From Candidatus Kapaibacterium sp. (lineage in GTDB: Bacteria > Bacteroidota > Ignavibacteria > Kapaibacteriales > UBA2268): 64,000 bases of DNA. Made by a program: the position numbers and the translations under genes. A model generated the notes under the pieces. That model had not been told where the DNA came from. It made no database searches and saw only the letters and a program-made list of their open reading frames with translations. Location of the stretch: positions 4,096,001 through 4,160,000 of the forward strand of contig OY762428.1 of NCBI GenBank assembly GCA_963665665.1. The letters run 5' to 3'. Every line of letters starts with the position of its first letter. Position 1 is the first letter of the stretch. Positions 1-10,079 of this stretch are shown in pieces.

Positions 1-2
1 AG

Positions 3-1103
3 CCCAACGACAGGAAACGTTACTATTACGATTCCTTATCACGGGAAAAACACGTATTCTATGATTTTTTCGAGAACGGAATTTGGAATGAAAGAAGCCT
101 TGAAGATTATTATTACTATCCTGACGGCAAAGCCTGCCGGCTTGATAAATACAAAATTGATAATAATGTAAAAAACAGGAAGAATCGGGTTGTTTATGAA
201 TATTATGATTGCGGGGTAACAAAGTCGGAAATTTACTATTCTGCTGTAAGTTCAGGGTGGGCAGAGACTTTTAAATGGGAATATACAATTGACGATAATT
301 GCTGTAAGAGTTTTGAATATTATTATCAAAAAGAAGATACGCTCTGGAAGCCAATTATCAAAAATATCAATAATTATAGCCGAAAAAATGTTTTGGATAA
401 TTATATTTCCCAGATTAAGGATGAATTTGGATACTGGACTAATTCTGAGAAAAAAAATTATGTGTATGATTCTCTTGGAAGGATAGCACTTTCCTACTGG
501 CAGGTTTGGAAAGATGATGCCTGGAATGATGATGAATTAAGAGAATATTCTTATAACGAAAATGGGCTCTTAGACTCTATCGTTTATAGTAAATATAGGG
601 ATAGTGCATGGACTTGGAATTATAGAAATATTATTTTATATAATGAATTCAGGCAGATAAAAGATAAACTAACCGATAAATATGTTGATGGCAAATGGCT
701 GCAGGATACAAAAATAATTAACGATTTTTCAAGGGATACTCTCCTTTGTGAAACTCACTATTACTTTGCAGACGGAGAGTGGGTAAAATCAACGAAGTAT
801 TATTATGAATTCGGAGACCCTCCGATAGCTGATATTCCACAAAAGGATAATATGGAATTCCATGTCTTCCCGGTTCCGGCATCGGATTTTATCAACATTC
901 AGGTAAGAACAGATGATTCGGTAACTGGAATTATTAAAATTATTGATATTGACGGGCGAATGAGAATAATACAAAAATCATTTTCCTCAGGATGCGGTAT
1001 GCATATTGAAAAAATTGATATTTCCTCGATGCCGGCAGGAGTATATCAGCTGATATATCAATGTGGAAATAAAAAATATCGAAGAATGTTCATAAAAATA
1101 TAA
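3..1103 (+). CDS. Secreted T9SS (type A sorting domain) protein with Tyr-rich beta-hairpin repeats; 5' partial
   Basis: Frame 3 is open from position 3 (PNDRKRYYYDSLSREK...) into ORF 393..1103; repeated YxYD/NxxG...W motifs; C-terminus FHVFPVPASDFINI...GVYQLIY...FIKI is typical of a T9SS CTD. Confidence 0.75.
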   Translation, partial: PNDRKRYYYDSLSREKHVFYDFFENGIWNERSLEDYYYYPDGKACRLDKYKIDNNVKNRKNRVVYEYYDCGVTKSEIYYSAVSSGWAETFKWEYTIDDNCCKSFEYYYQKEDTLWKPIIKNINNYSRKNVLDNYISQIKDEFGYWTNSEKKNYVYDSLGRIALSYWQVWKDDAWNDDELREYSYNENGLLDSIVYSKYRDSAWTWNYRNIILYNEFRQIKDKLTDKYVDGKWLQDTKIINDFSRDTLLCETHYYFADGEWVKSTKYYYEFGDPPIADIPQKDNMEFHVFPVPASDFINIQVRTDDSVTGIIKIIDIDGRMRIIQKSFSSGCGMHIEKIDISSMPAGVYQLIYQCGNKKYRRMFIKI

Positions 1104-1233
1104 ATTTCGGAGTTCTGTACTAACAACGAAATTTTCCAGTACAGGTTGCGGAAAAAGCAATTTTACAAATACTATTCTACCTGAAAATTATTAAATTGCA
1201 TAATATTGAATGTAATTATTAAAGGGTAATAAA

Positions 1234-2145
1234 ATAGAAGAATATCTTGCAATATTTAATCCCGTTTCCGGCAGGGGAGAGGTAAAACACAATTTTGAAA
1301 AGATCTGCTCTGAATTTAATAAACTTAAAATTCCATTTTATCCTGTACTAACTGAATTTCCCGGCCATGCCGCTGATATTGCTGAGCAAGAAGCCCGAAA
1401 AGGGCGGGACAAATTCATCATTATTGGTGGGGACGGTACTATGAACCAGGCCTTGAACGGATTTATGAAATCAGGATCTGACAAGAGAATTACTATCGGA
1501 ATGATACCTTCCGGAACGGGAAATGATTGGGCAAGGTATCACAATATTCCAAATGATTTTATCCGGGCTTCAGAAATAATTGCCAATAACAAAACTAAAC
1601 CGCACGATATTGGCCTGGTAATATCCTCTGATAAAACTGAGGAGAGAAGATATTTCATGAATATGGCAGGGATTGGATTTGATTCCGTAGTTGCCGACAG
1701 GGTTAATATTCTTAAAGAAAGCGGAAAGGCCGGCACAGCTTCATATTTCAAAACTATAATTAAAAGCCTTGTTTCAGCGAAGTCAGATCCTTATACAATT
1801 ACACTTGATGGTATTGAATTCAACAGAGATGTATTCAGCATGAGTATCGGGATTTGTTCTTATAACGGCGGGGGAATGAAACAGGCCCCGGATGCAATTT
1901 TTGACGATGGCTTGTTCGATGTGGTAATTATTAACACACTCAGCTGGTGGGGAATAGTAACTAATCTGCCCAAACTGTTCTCCGGCTCGCATGTAAAGCA
2001 TAGTGCTGTTGAGGTATTCAGGGCGAAAAATATTAAGATTGAAACCAGCGATAAAAACTTCCTGGAAACTGAAGGAGAAGTTTTTACAGGCCAGCCTTAT
2101 AAATTGGAAATTTTGCCAAATGCTGTTGATGTTTTAGTTCCCTGA
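1234..2145 (+). CDS. Diacylglycerol kinase family lipid kinase (YegS/DgkB-like)
   Basis: ORF 1441..2145 extends upstream in frame through IFNPVSGRG...TEFPGHA...IIIGGDGT; also PSGTGNDW, GIGFD and DDGLFDV. No ATG/GTG/TTG after the stop at 1213-1215; ATA at 1234 is the probable start. Confidence 0.88.
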   Translation: MEEYLAIFNPVSGRGEVKHNFEKICSEFNKLKIPFYPVLTEFPGHAADIAEQEARKGRDKFIIIGGDGTMNQALNGFMKSGSDKRITIGMIPSGTGNDWARYHNIPNDFIRASEIIANNKTKPHDIGLVISSDKTEERRYFMNMAGIGFDSVVADRVNILKESGKAGTASYFKTIIKSLVSAKSDPYTITLDGIEFNRDVFSMSIGICSYNGGGMKQAPDAIFDDGLFDVVIINTLSWWGIVTNLPKLFSGSHVKHSAVEVFRAKNIKIETSDKNFLETEGEVFTGQPYKLEILPNAVDVLVP

Positions 2146-3462
2146 CCTGTATATTTCAGGTAACTCTTTCTTGTTTTCAATTCCCAGTTCCCTAATCGCT
2201 TCAACCTTATCAGTAATACATCCTTTGCCGCCGCTTATCCTTAATTCGGCAGACCGGCAGAGCTCGTCTGCCTGGGAAATTTTTTCATGTATCTTTGAAA
2301 TATCATTTAAAACAAGGATTATCTTGTCGTACAAAGCACCGCTCATCTCAGCAATTTTTCGGGCATTTTCTGTCTGCCGGGATTTTTGCCACAAAATATT
2401 TATCAATTTAAGAGATGCCAGGAGTGCAGAAGGGCCGCAAATGATAATATTTTTTGCGGCAGCATAGGATATCAGCCCGGGATCGAATTTTATTGCTGCC
2501 TGAATTGCCGGCTCTACAGGCATGAACATTAGTACGATATCAACAGAGTTTAATTCATTAATATCAGGGTAGGATTTTGCTGCCAGTTCGTCCACGTGCC
2601 TGATAATTGATTTGCCATGTTCGCTGAGGAATTCCTTTTTTCCTGTAGAGCTGTATCTTTCATAAGCAGTTAATGATACTTTGGAATCAATAATTAATTG
2701 CCGGTTAGCTGGTAGGTTTACAATTGCGTCAGGCCGGAGACGCTTGTTTCCTTTTATTGTGAAAGAAGGCTGAATAAGATAGTCCCTGTTTCTTTCAAGG
2801 CCAGCAAATTCAAGAATTTTCTCAAGAATTATTTCTCCCCATGCACCCTGCTTTTGGCTGTCGCCCTTCAGGGCCTTAGTAAGGTTTTCAGCGTCGCCAG
2901 ATACTTTAGCCGTAATTTCTCCAAGTTGTTGAATCTCTGTTTTCAGAGTAGCTCTTTCAAGAGCTTCCCTGTGGAATTTGTCTTCAATATCTTTATTAAA
3001 AGCATTAATACTGTCCTTCAATGGATTTAGTATCGTGCTGATCTTTTCTTCACTGACAGACAAAAGTTGTTTGCTTTTTTTATCCAGGATTTCCGTAGCA
3101 AGATTGCTGAATCCTTCCCGCATCCGTTTTTCAATGTCTTTGATTTTTTCCGATTCCTTATCCAGGGCATAGATTGCATTTTCAAGTTCTTTGTCTTTGG
3201 AAGCCAGTAGATTACTAAGTTCCAGAATGGCTGACTGATTCTTTTTCAGTTCATTTTCATTTTTATTATTCAGTTCTTTCAAAATTCTGTTTTCTTCTTC
3301 AAGCCTGGCTTTGTTTTCTTTAAGAGCAATTATATCCTTTAGTACCCCCTCGTGAATTTCACGTGCAACAAATTCCCCGCCGGGCTTCTGCTTAAATACA
3401 AATCTTGCAAGTATCCATCCAGTTGCGGCACTGATGATAGCGGCTAATATCAATGTTTCCAT
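2134..3462 (-). CDS. rmuC: DNA recombination protein RmuC
   Basis: N-terminal TM helix, coiled coil, LTKALKGDSQKQGAWGEIILE, RPDAIVNLP, IIDSKVSLTAYERY, LMFMPVE. Confidence 0.92.
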   Translation of the reverse strand: METLILAAIISAATGWILARFVFKQKPGGEFVAREIHEGVLKDIIALKENKARLEEENRILKELNNKNENELKKNQSAILELSNLLASKDKELENAIYALDKESEKIKDIEKRMREGFSNLATEILDKKSKQLLSVSEEKISTILNPLKDSINAFNKDIEDKFHREALERATLKTEIQQLGEITAKVSGDAENLTKALKGDSQKQGAWGEIILEKILEFAGLERNRDYLIQPSFTIKGNKRLRPDAIVNLPANRQLIIDSKVSLTAYERYSSTGKKEFLSEHGKSIIRHVDELAAKSYPDINELNSVDIVLMFMPVEPAIQAAIKFDPGLISYAAAKNIIICGPSALLASLKLINILWQKSRQTENARKIAEMSGALYDKIILVLNDISKIHEKISQADELCRSAELRISGGKGCITDKVEAIRELGIENKKELPEIYRSGN

Positions 3463-4757
3463 CAGCGGCCCTTTACCATTGATAAAATTATCGCCGGTTC
3501 AGTCCTGTTTCTGTAATCCGGGTCGATATGTGAATAAATTATCACTCCATCGCTGTTTATTAAATATGTGGCAGTAACCGGAAGCCTGAAATTATCTATA
3601 CCGTTAATATCTTTAATATCAATTATTCCTTCATATTCCTTTGCCATAATTTCCGGCATTTTGTATTCAATACCAAATAAACGGGCAATTTTATTGTTCT
3701 TATCTCTTATAAGCTTATATCCAAAATTATTTCTCAGGTTAAAATTCTGCAGGTAATTTGATTTCTCCGGACAGAGTGCAAAAATCTTTATTCCATTTTT
3801 TTCAAAATCGGAAAAATATTCCTGGTAGGCATGCATTTGAATTTCACTGTAAGGACACCAGCTCCCCCTATACCAGAATAGCAGTACATAAGAATTGTTC
3901 AGTTGCGCTTTGATGTCAAATGGATTGCCGAATATCCCGGTCATTGTAAACTCGGGTATTGTATCGCCTGCCCTTAAGCATTGAGACAATATCCCTGACA
4001 AAGTTATTTCAGCAATACCGGTATTAAAATTGAAAACAGTTTCGGGTGAAACTCTTTTTTCCCAGTCATATTTGTATTTGTCGAGTCTTTCCTGTAATGA
4101 TTTATCCCGAATATAAATCTTATTTCCAAGAAATTTGGGTTGCTTTCCTATCAGAAAATCAATAAATACTTTAACACGGGCAAACAACTCTCTAACATTT
4201 GTTTTAAAACCGTAATAGGCGCTTACTCCGGAAGCATTGTATCCAATGGCACGTATACCGTTTTTTCTGGCAATAAAAACCGCACGCTTGTTGTGAAATT
4301 CCTGTGAAATAACGGTATAGGTGAATTGTGAAAATATTTCCCTTGCCCTGATAATGGCATCAAGAGTTCTGAACCCGGCATAGTCCTCGTATATCCTTGT
4401 TGCCGGAACTCCAAGAGAAATTAATTCCTTTTTCATTTGCCGGGGTTCATTGTAATTCGCAGCAGCATTATCTCCGGAAACAATTATATAATCAATTTTT
4501 CCTGCACTGTAAAGTTTATAAGCAGCTCGAATCCTGTTCCTGAAATACAGGTTAATATTTCCATTCGTTAAGTATTTACTTGTCCCGAGAAGAAGCCCTG
4601 TCCTGTTATAAGGTATTTCATTTATATCGCTATAAATATATTTTTCGGAGAACTTGTTAATATACACATTGGATAATAATACTACCCCTGTTATCACTAT
4701 AAGGCTCAGCAGCGCTGCAATACCAATCCTTTTAATATATTTTAATCCTCTTTTCAT
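3462..4757 (-). CDS. Fusion of SanA/YdcF (ElyC-like) domain and C-terminal peroxiredoxin-like (AhpC/TSA) domain
   Basis: N-half: LLLGTSKY, SGDN...YNEP, DYAGFRTLD, SQEFHNKRA, RELFARVK (SanA). C-half: GDTIPEF, YRGSWCPYS, LPVTATYLINSDGVI...DPDYRNRTEP (Prx-like). Confidence 0.85.
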   Translation of the reverse strand: MKRGLKYIKRIGIAALLSLIVITGVVLLSNVYINKFSEKYIYSDINEIPYNRTGLLLGTSKYLTNGNINLYFRNRIRAAYKLYSAGKIDYIIVSGDNAAANYNEPRQMKKELISLGVPATRIYEDYAGFRTLDAIIRAREIFSQFTYTVISQEFHNKRAVFIARKNGIRAIGYNASGVSAYYGFKTNVRELFARVKVFIDFLIGKQPKFLGNKIYIRDKSLQERLDKYKYDWEKRVSPETVFNFNTGIAEITLSGILSQCLRAGDTIPEFTMTGIFGNPFDIKAQLNNSYVLLFWYRGSWCPYSEIQMHAYQEYFSDFEKNGIKIFALCPEKSNYLQNFNLRNNFGYKLIRDKNNKIARLFGIEYKMPEIMAKEYEGIIDIKDINGIDNFRLPVTATYLINSDGVIIYSHIDPDYRNRTEPAIILSMVKGR

Positions 4758-4929
4758 ACTTAAAGATATGAAATAATAAATTAATTTGAAAAATTATCAA
4801 CAAATTTAACTTCCGGAGAACAATATATTTCTGCATTTAAGATTTATCTTGCAGATTAAATTAATCTTATTAATTTATATCTATTGAAAATTTCAATAAG
4901 TTATGTAATTATTTAATTAATAAATCAAC

Positions 4930-5409
4930 ATGCAAATAAAATTTTCGCCCATAGGAATTATTAAAACTCCATTTATATCAAAAGAAGGTATGCCCATTCA
5001 GCCGGGAGGTGCTGAAGGGATAAAAGGTGAAATAGAAATTTTTCCGGAATTTGTACCGGGCCTGGCAGACCTTGATGGTTTTTCGCATATTATTCTGCTT
5101 TATCATTTTCACGAATCCAATGGATTTGATCTGAAAGTGAAGCCTTTTCTTGATAAAAAACAAAGGGGAGTATTTTCCACCAGGGCACCAAAAAGGCCAA
5201 ATCCAATCGGACTTTCGGTTGTTAAACTGATTGAGATAAGAAATAATATTTTAGTTGTTGAAAATATCGATATTCTGGATAAAACTCCACTTATGGATAT
5301 TAAACCATATATACCGGCTTTTGATATACATAAAAGTGAAAAATATGGCTGGATAGAGAACAGAACGAAGGACCTGGACAAAATAAAATCAGATAACAGA
5401 TTCAGATAA
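4930..5409 (+). CDS. tsaA: tRNA (N6-threonylcarbamoyladenosine(37)-N6)-methyltransferase TrmO
   Basis: PIGIIKTPF, LDGFSHIILLYHFH, GVFSTRAPKRPNPIGLS, DILDKTPLMDIKPY. Confidence 0.92.
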   Translation: MQIKFSPIGIIKTPFISKEGMPIQPGGAEGIKGEIEIFPEFVPGLADLDGFSHIILLYHFHESNGFDLKVKPFLDKKQRGVFSTRAPKRPNPIGLSVVKLIEIRNNILVVENIDILDKTPLMDIKPYIPAFDIHKSEKYGWIENRTKDLDKIKSDNRFR

Positions 5410-5436
5410 TTGAAACAGCCAATAATATATACCAAA

Positions 5437-5467
5437 CAAGGCCGGTTTTCAAAAAAAACCGGCCTTG
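5437..5467. terminator. Bidirectional terminator-like hairpin between convergent tsaA and bioY
   Basis: CAAGGCCGGTTTT...AAAACCGGCCTTG perfect inverted repeat. Confidence 0.7.
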
Positions 5468-5488
5468 ATCTGAATAAAATAGAATTAA

Positions 5489-6037
5489 TTATTTTTTCAA
5501 TGCTTTAACGCACATTCCTGCAAGAGCTATTTTAATAGCAGCACCGGGAATGAATGGAATAAGCCCCATTGACATTAAAGTTGTCCAGCCAGTGTAAGCT
5601 GAAAGCCAGAAAATTCCTGTTGCAAAAATTACCATTGTTGCAGCAGTTAGGCCAAGAAGGATAAATGTCAGGGATTTTGTCCTTCCGGCAATTGAACCTG
5701 CAATAAATGCTGCAGGCAGGAATCCCAGAAGATATCCGCCAGTTGGCCCGGCAAAGTGAAGTAAACCTGCTGCACCGCCTGCAAAGAACGGAAGGCCTGC
5801 GAGTCCTTCGATCAGATAAGCTGCTACTGCAATGGTTCCGCGCACTCTGCCAAGAATTGAAGCAATTAAAAGTACTCCAAAAGTTTGTCCGGTAATCGGT
5901 ACCGGCCATCCCGGAATTTCAATCTGAGCGGAAAGTGCTATCAAAAGGCTGGCTGATAAAATTATGGCAGTTTCTTTTGCCAGTTTTAACGGGCTGTCCC
6001 AAGCTGTTGTTAATGTTGCGATTGCTGTTTTCATCAT
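5489..6037 (-). CDS. bioY: Biotin transporter BioY
   Basis: PVPITGQTFGV, YLIEGLAGLPFFAGG, GPTGGYLLGF, PFIPG. Confidence 0.93.
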   Translation of the reverse strand: MMKTAIATLTTAWDSPLKLAKETAIILSASLLIALSAQIEIPGWPVPITGQTFGVLLIASILGRVRGTIAVAAYLIEGLAGLPFFAGGAAGLLHFAGPTGGYLLGFLPAAFIAGSIAGRTKSLTFILLGLTAATMVIFATGIFWLSAYTGWTTLMSMGLIPFIPGAAIKIALAGMCVKALKK

Positions 6038-6055
6038 TTTTCCTGATTAATAATA

Positions 6056-6556
6056 TTAAACATCCGATCTTTCTTCAATTAATTTCTTCCTGGTGTAAGG
6101 AATAAGCCCTCCGGCTTCCATAATCGCTTTTCTTGCTTCTGGTATAGGAGTAACGGGATATTCCTTAGCGCTGATTTTATTAATTACTTTATCATCATAT
6201 ATTTCAAGTTCATCACCGTCTTCAGCTTCTATGCCGGGGCAAATTACAATTTTCAGCCCTAAGTTAATCGCATTCTGCATGAATATCCTGGCAAAATTCC
6301 TGGCCACTATCACAAGCTCGTGACCTTTAATTGTTGTAGCTGCCTGTTCGCGGGAAGATCCGCAACCAAAATTTTTTCCTGCCACAACTATGCTTCCTTC
6401 TTCTATTTCCCCGTCAACAAGCTGTTTGTTCAAAGACGGTATATCCCCGAAGATATGCCTTGGAGTTTCACTCGGCAAAATAGTAGCCATATAGCGTCCG
6501 GGATAAATAATATCAGTGGAAATATCATCACCGAATTTATAAATTACTTTAGCCAT
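6056..6556 (-). CDS. leuD: 3-isopropylmalate dehydratase/homoaconitase small subunit (LeuD/HacB family)
   Basis: FGDDISTDIIYPGRY, GKNFGCGSSREQA, FARIFMQNAINLGL, AGGLI; exact substrate uncertain. Confidence 0.85.
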   Translation of the reverse strand: MAKVIYKFGDDISTDIIYPGRYMATILPSETPRHIFGDIPSLNKQLVDGEIEEGSIVVAGKNFGCGSSREQAATTIKGHELVIVARNFARIFMQNAINLGLKIVICPGIEAEDGDELEIYDDKVINKISAKEYPVTPIPEARKAIMEAGGLIPYTRKKLIEERSDV

Positions 6557-6557
6557 A

Positions 6558-7847
6558 TTATTTCTCCTTGCCCGGTAGTGTGATAAAACCTGTTATGGCA
6601 CTGGCAGCGGCAACTGCTGCAGAGCTTAAATAAACGAAGCCGTTAGGATTGCCCATCCTGCCTTTGAAATTCCTGTTCGTTGTGGCAATAGCTGTTTCAC
6701 CGTCTCCGAGAGCTCCCTGATGTACACCGAGGCATGCCCCACAGCCGGGATTCATAACCACGGCACCGGCATTCATGAAATCCATCAGGTAGCCGGCTTC
6801 CATTGCTTCGCGGTATATCTTTGCAGAAGCAGGGAAAACTATCATTCTTGTTGACTCGTGAACTGATTTTCCACGAACAATATCTGCTGCAGTTTTCAGA
6901 TCGTCCAGCCTGCCATTGGTACAGGAACCGATTACTACCTGGTCAACTTTTACATTTTCAATATCTGATACAGGTTTAACATTATCAACCATGTGCGGGC
7001 ATGCTACCTGTGGCTCAAGTTCGGAAGCATTTATTTCAATTATTTCCGAATATTCTGCATCTTCGTCGGGAACAATCATATCAATTTCATCATTAACACC
7101 CGCTTCTTCCTTAAGATATCGCAATGTTTCAGTATCAGGAGGTACGATACCGGAGGTAGCACCGGCTTCCACACTCATATTGCATATTGTTAATCGTCCG
7201 GAAGTACTCATATTCCTGATTGTATCACCATGGAATTCAATAACCCTGTAGTTAGCTCCTTCAGCGCTGATTTTACCAATAAGGAATAGAATCAGGTCCT
7301 TAGGTTGTACATGTTTCTGAAAGTTTCCGCTTACAACAACTTTAATAGTTGCCGGAACTTCAACATTCAGTACTCTGCCGAGAGACCAGACTGATGCCAT
7401 TTCCGTGGCTCCTACTCCGAAAGAGAATGCACCGAGAGCTCCGTGTGTTGTAGTATGGCTGTCAGTTCCAACTACCACATACCCGGGCCTTACATATCCG
7501 TTTTGCGGCAATATCTGATGGCATATACCGCCACGGTCGCCACGAATATCATGGAATTTCTTTATACCCTGTTCGTTTACAAAATTTCGAAGTTTTTTCT
7601 GATTTGTAGCAGTTTTGCTGCTTTCTGCAGGAATCCTGTGATCAAAAATTATTGCGATATTATCGGGATTCCAAACTGTCGGCTTCAGGCCTGTTTCTTC
7701 AAAAACCTGAAAAAACTGATGCATAACCTGAGCACCGTTTTCATGGGACATTGCAAGGTTTACGGCAGGTTCAACCACCTCGCCTACCTCAACATGATCC
7801 CTTCCACAGGCTTTAGCCAATATTTTCTGAACAATTGTTTGCCCCAT
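6558..7847 (-). CDS. leuC: 3-isopropylmalate dehydratase/homoaconitase large subunit (LeuC/HacA family)
   Basis: DHRIP, GICHQ, GTDSHTTTHGA, IGSCTNGR, PGCGACLG, TTNRNFKGRMG; ATG at 7847 with GGAG upstream; exact substrate uncertain. Confidence 0.88.
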   Translation of the reverse strand: MGQTIVQKILAKACGRDHVEVGEVVEPAVNLAMSHENGAQVMHQFFQVFEETGLKPTVWNPDNIAIIFDHRIPAESSKTATNQKKLRNFVNEQGIKKFHDIRGDRGGICHQILPQNGYVRPGYVVVGTDSHTTTHGALGAFSFGVGATEMASVWSLGRVLNVEVPATIKVVVSGNFQKHVQPKDLILFLIGKISAEGANYRVIEFHGDTIRNMSTSGRLTICNMSVEAGATSGIVPPDTETLRYLKEEAGVNDEIDMIVPDEDAEYSEIIEINASELEPQVACPHMVDNVKPVSDIENVKVDQVVIGSCTNGRLDDLKTAADIVRGKSVHESTRMIVFPASAKIYREAMEAGYLMDFMNAGAVVMNPGCGACLGVHQGALGDGETAIATTNRNFKGRMGNPNGFVYLSSAAVAAASAITGFITLPGKEK

Positions 7848-7945
7848 TACAATCTCCAATTGGAAAATCTACATTTTATAAAATCCAAATCAAACGATTT
7901 GCAAATTAATAAAAAGGCTGATTATTAATAAGGAAAAAATTATAA

Positions 7946-9220
7946 TTATTGTGAAGCCTTTTCCAGTGGTATAGGTAATGTGACAATTATTGTAGTATAT
8001 TTATTCAATGCACTTTTAATATTAATTTTGCCATTGTGCAAAGATGTTATCTTTGATGCTATTGCAAATCCGAGACCGGAACCCTGCTGTTCATAAACTT
8101 TTCTTTCGAATTGAATATAAGCACCTACTTTTTCAATTTGTTTTTCAGTCATACCCCGGCCGTAATCAGTAATTGCTAAATGACAAAAGCCATCTTCAAT
8201 TTTATTGCTTATAAGCAGCTTTGTGCCTTTTTCGGAGTATTTGAAACTGTTATCAAGAATTTCATAAACAGCCTTTGTAAAATATTCACCACCAATAGAT
8301 ACAGGGGTATCAATTATATCGATTGCTATATCATCAGCACGCGATTCGAATTTGGGATGTGCAGCAACCGCTTCGTAAACTGATGATTCCAGTGATTCAC
8401 TGACTTTTTCGCGTAACACATGCAATTCAGCCGGATTCGAGGCAAGGATCTCCAGCGAAGCGAATAGAAGATAATGTTCAAAAAGTCTTTGCAGGCGTCT
8501 TGCATTTTCATGGACATCAGACAGAATGTCTACAATATCTTCATCGCTGGTTCTTTCCAGGTTCTTAATCAGGTAATCAACATTACCAAGCACAAGCATC
8601 AGGGGAGTCCGGATTTCATGCGGGAGCGACATGCTGAGGTTGGCTGTCAGATCGGAATATTTCTCGGTTAGATTTTTTTGTTTTTCAACTAATTTAATTG
8701 TCCTTTCTGCAATACGTTGCTCCATGAATTTTCCGGCTTCATCCTTTTCACTATGAAGAACTGCCGTTTCTATCCTTGCTGCAAAAATACCCAAGGCAAT
8801 ACTTATCAATGTCAGCAAAGACTGCTCAACATCCTCCGGGCAGCGTAAGCAATTAAATACCAACAATCCTACAGGCCCGTTTGTTCCGATCAAGGGAAAA
8901 ACAGAATGGAAATATCCTTCGCTTTTATCAGATTTAGTATATGACATGTTTCCCGTTTGCAAAGCCTTGCCAATTATGCCTGTATTAACCAGTTCAGGGA
9001 ATACTTCTTTTACTAATTGTGCTTCTGAAAAGGGTATGGACAATTGATGATCAAATTCAAAAGTATCCTGGTTTAGTAAAAATAAGGAGGCGGAGTGAAT
9101 GTTGTCGATTTTTAAAAATAATTCTAATCCTTTTTTTATTGTTTTATCTAATTCCCGAACATTTTTATTTCTGGAATAATCATCAATTAAGGCAAGAAAT
9201 TTGTAATTAAAATCATCCAT
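7946..9220 (-). CDS. Cytoplasmic sensor histidine kinase with GAF-like N-terminal domain
   Basis: H-box LPHEIRTPL, N-box EILDNSFKYS, DYGRGM, EQQGSGLG. Confidence 0.88.
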   Translation of the reverse strand: MDDFNYKFLALIDDYSRNKNVRELDKTIKKGLELFLKIDNIHSASLFLLNQDTFEFDHQLSIPFSEAQLVKEVFPELVNTGIIGKALQTGNMSYTKSDKSEGYFHSVFPLIGTNGPVGLLVFNCLRCPEDVEQSLLTLISIALGIFAARIETAVLHSEKDEAGKFMEQRIAERTIKLVEKQKNLTEKYSDLTANLSMSLPHEIRTPLMLVLGNVDYLIKNLERTSDEDIVDILSDVHENARRLQRLFEHYLLFASLEILASNPAELHVLREKVSESLESSVYEAVAAHPKFESRADDIAIDIIDTPVSIGGEYFTKAVYEILDNSFKYSEKGTKLLISNKIEDGFCHLAITDYGRGMTEKQIEKVGAYIQFERKVYEQQGSGLGFAIASKITSLHNGKINIKSALNKYTTIIVTLPIPLEKASQ

Positions 9221-9230
9221 ACCGCTAATC

Positions 9231-10079
9231 CTAATTAATATTCAGTATCTTTACAGATTCGTTATACTCATCAATTATATATTCAAGTGAATCAACAAAA
9301 AAATTATCTTCAAAATCACAAGTATTCCAAATTACAGGATTGGGGCGCCGTATGTGAGTGTTCCCGGATTTTCCAAAATCGAGTATGCCTGCAATAATAT
9401 TCGACAGGTGAATACAATATGTGATTTTATCATTAGGAATATCAGACTCACCTTTTTCATGATAAAATATCGATCTGGATATCGACTCCGGCAAATTCCA
9501 GTTCCTGGTAATATATTCACCTATTTTGCAATGGTTTGTTCCCAGTATCTCATTTTCTGCTTCCACAAGAAATTTATCCTGCAAAGAGGCCATTCTCAAT
9601 GTCTCGATATATTCTTTATTTATTGCTTTGAACAATACTATCTTTCCGATATCATGGAGCAGGCCGGCCAGGAAAAAATTCTCGATTTTTTTCACACCTG
9701 CTTTTATGGCAATATATCGGGAAATAATTCCCGTAGCAATGGAATGCTTCCAAAAATCAACAAGATTGAAATGTGATGTTGATTTCAAATCGCTAAACAT
9801 ATCAATAACAGACAAAGCTATTACAAGATTTTTAATTTCCTTGTAACCTATTTGGAGAATAGCATCACTAAGGCTGTCAATTTTTTTGTTAAGTCCATAC
9901 ATTGTAGAATTTACGGTCTTAAGTATTTTAACTGTGGCAGCCATATCGTAGGAAATAACAGATGCTACATCATTTACCGAAGAATTCGGGTCTGCCATTA
10001 CTTCAAGCAGTTTCGAGTAAACAGTAGGTAATGTCGGGAATTCACCCATCTTTTGAATTATGTATTTTTCTTTATTCAT
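9231..10079 (-). CDS. HDOD domain-containing protein
   Basis: FPTLPTV, KILKTVNSTMYG, FWKHSIATG, AGLLHDIGK, WNLPESI. Confidence 0.9.
   Translation of the reverse strand: MNKEKYIIQKMGEFPTLPTVYSKLLEVMADPNSSVNDVASVISYDMAATVKILKTVNSTMYGLNKKIDSLSDAILQIGYKEIKNLVIALSVIDMFSDLKSTSHFNLVDFWKHSIATGIISRYIAIKAGVKKIENFFLAGLLHDIGKIVLFKAINKEYIETLRMASLQDKFLVEAENEILGTNHCKIGEYITRNWNLPESISRSIFYHEKGESDIPNDKITYCIHLSNIIAGILDFGKSGNTHIRRPNPVIWNTCDFEDNFFVDSLEYIIDEYNESVKILNIN

Noticed and set aside
3840-3870. Selenocysteine in the Prx-like motif
   Set aside because: The codon at the second motif position is AGT (Ser), not TGA
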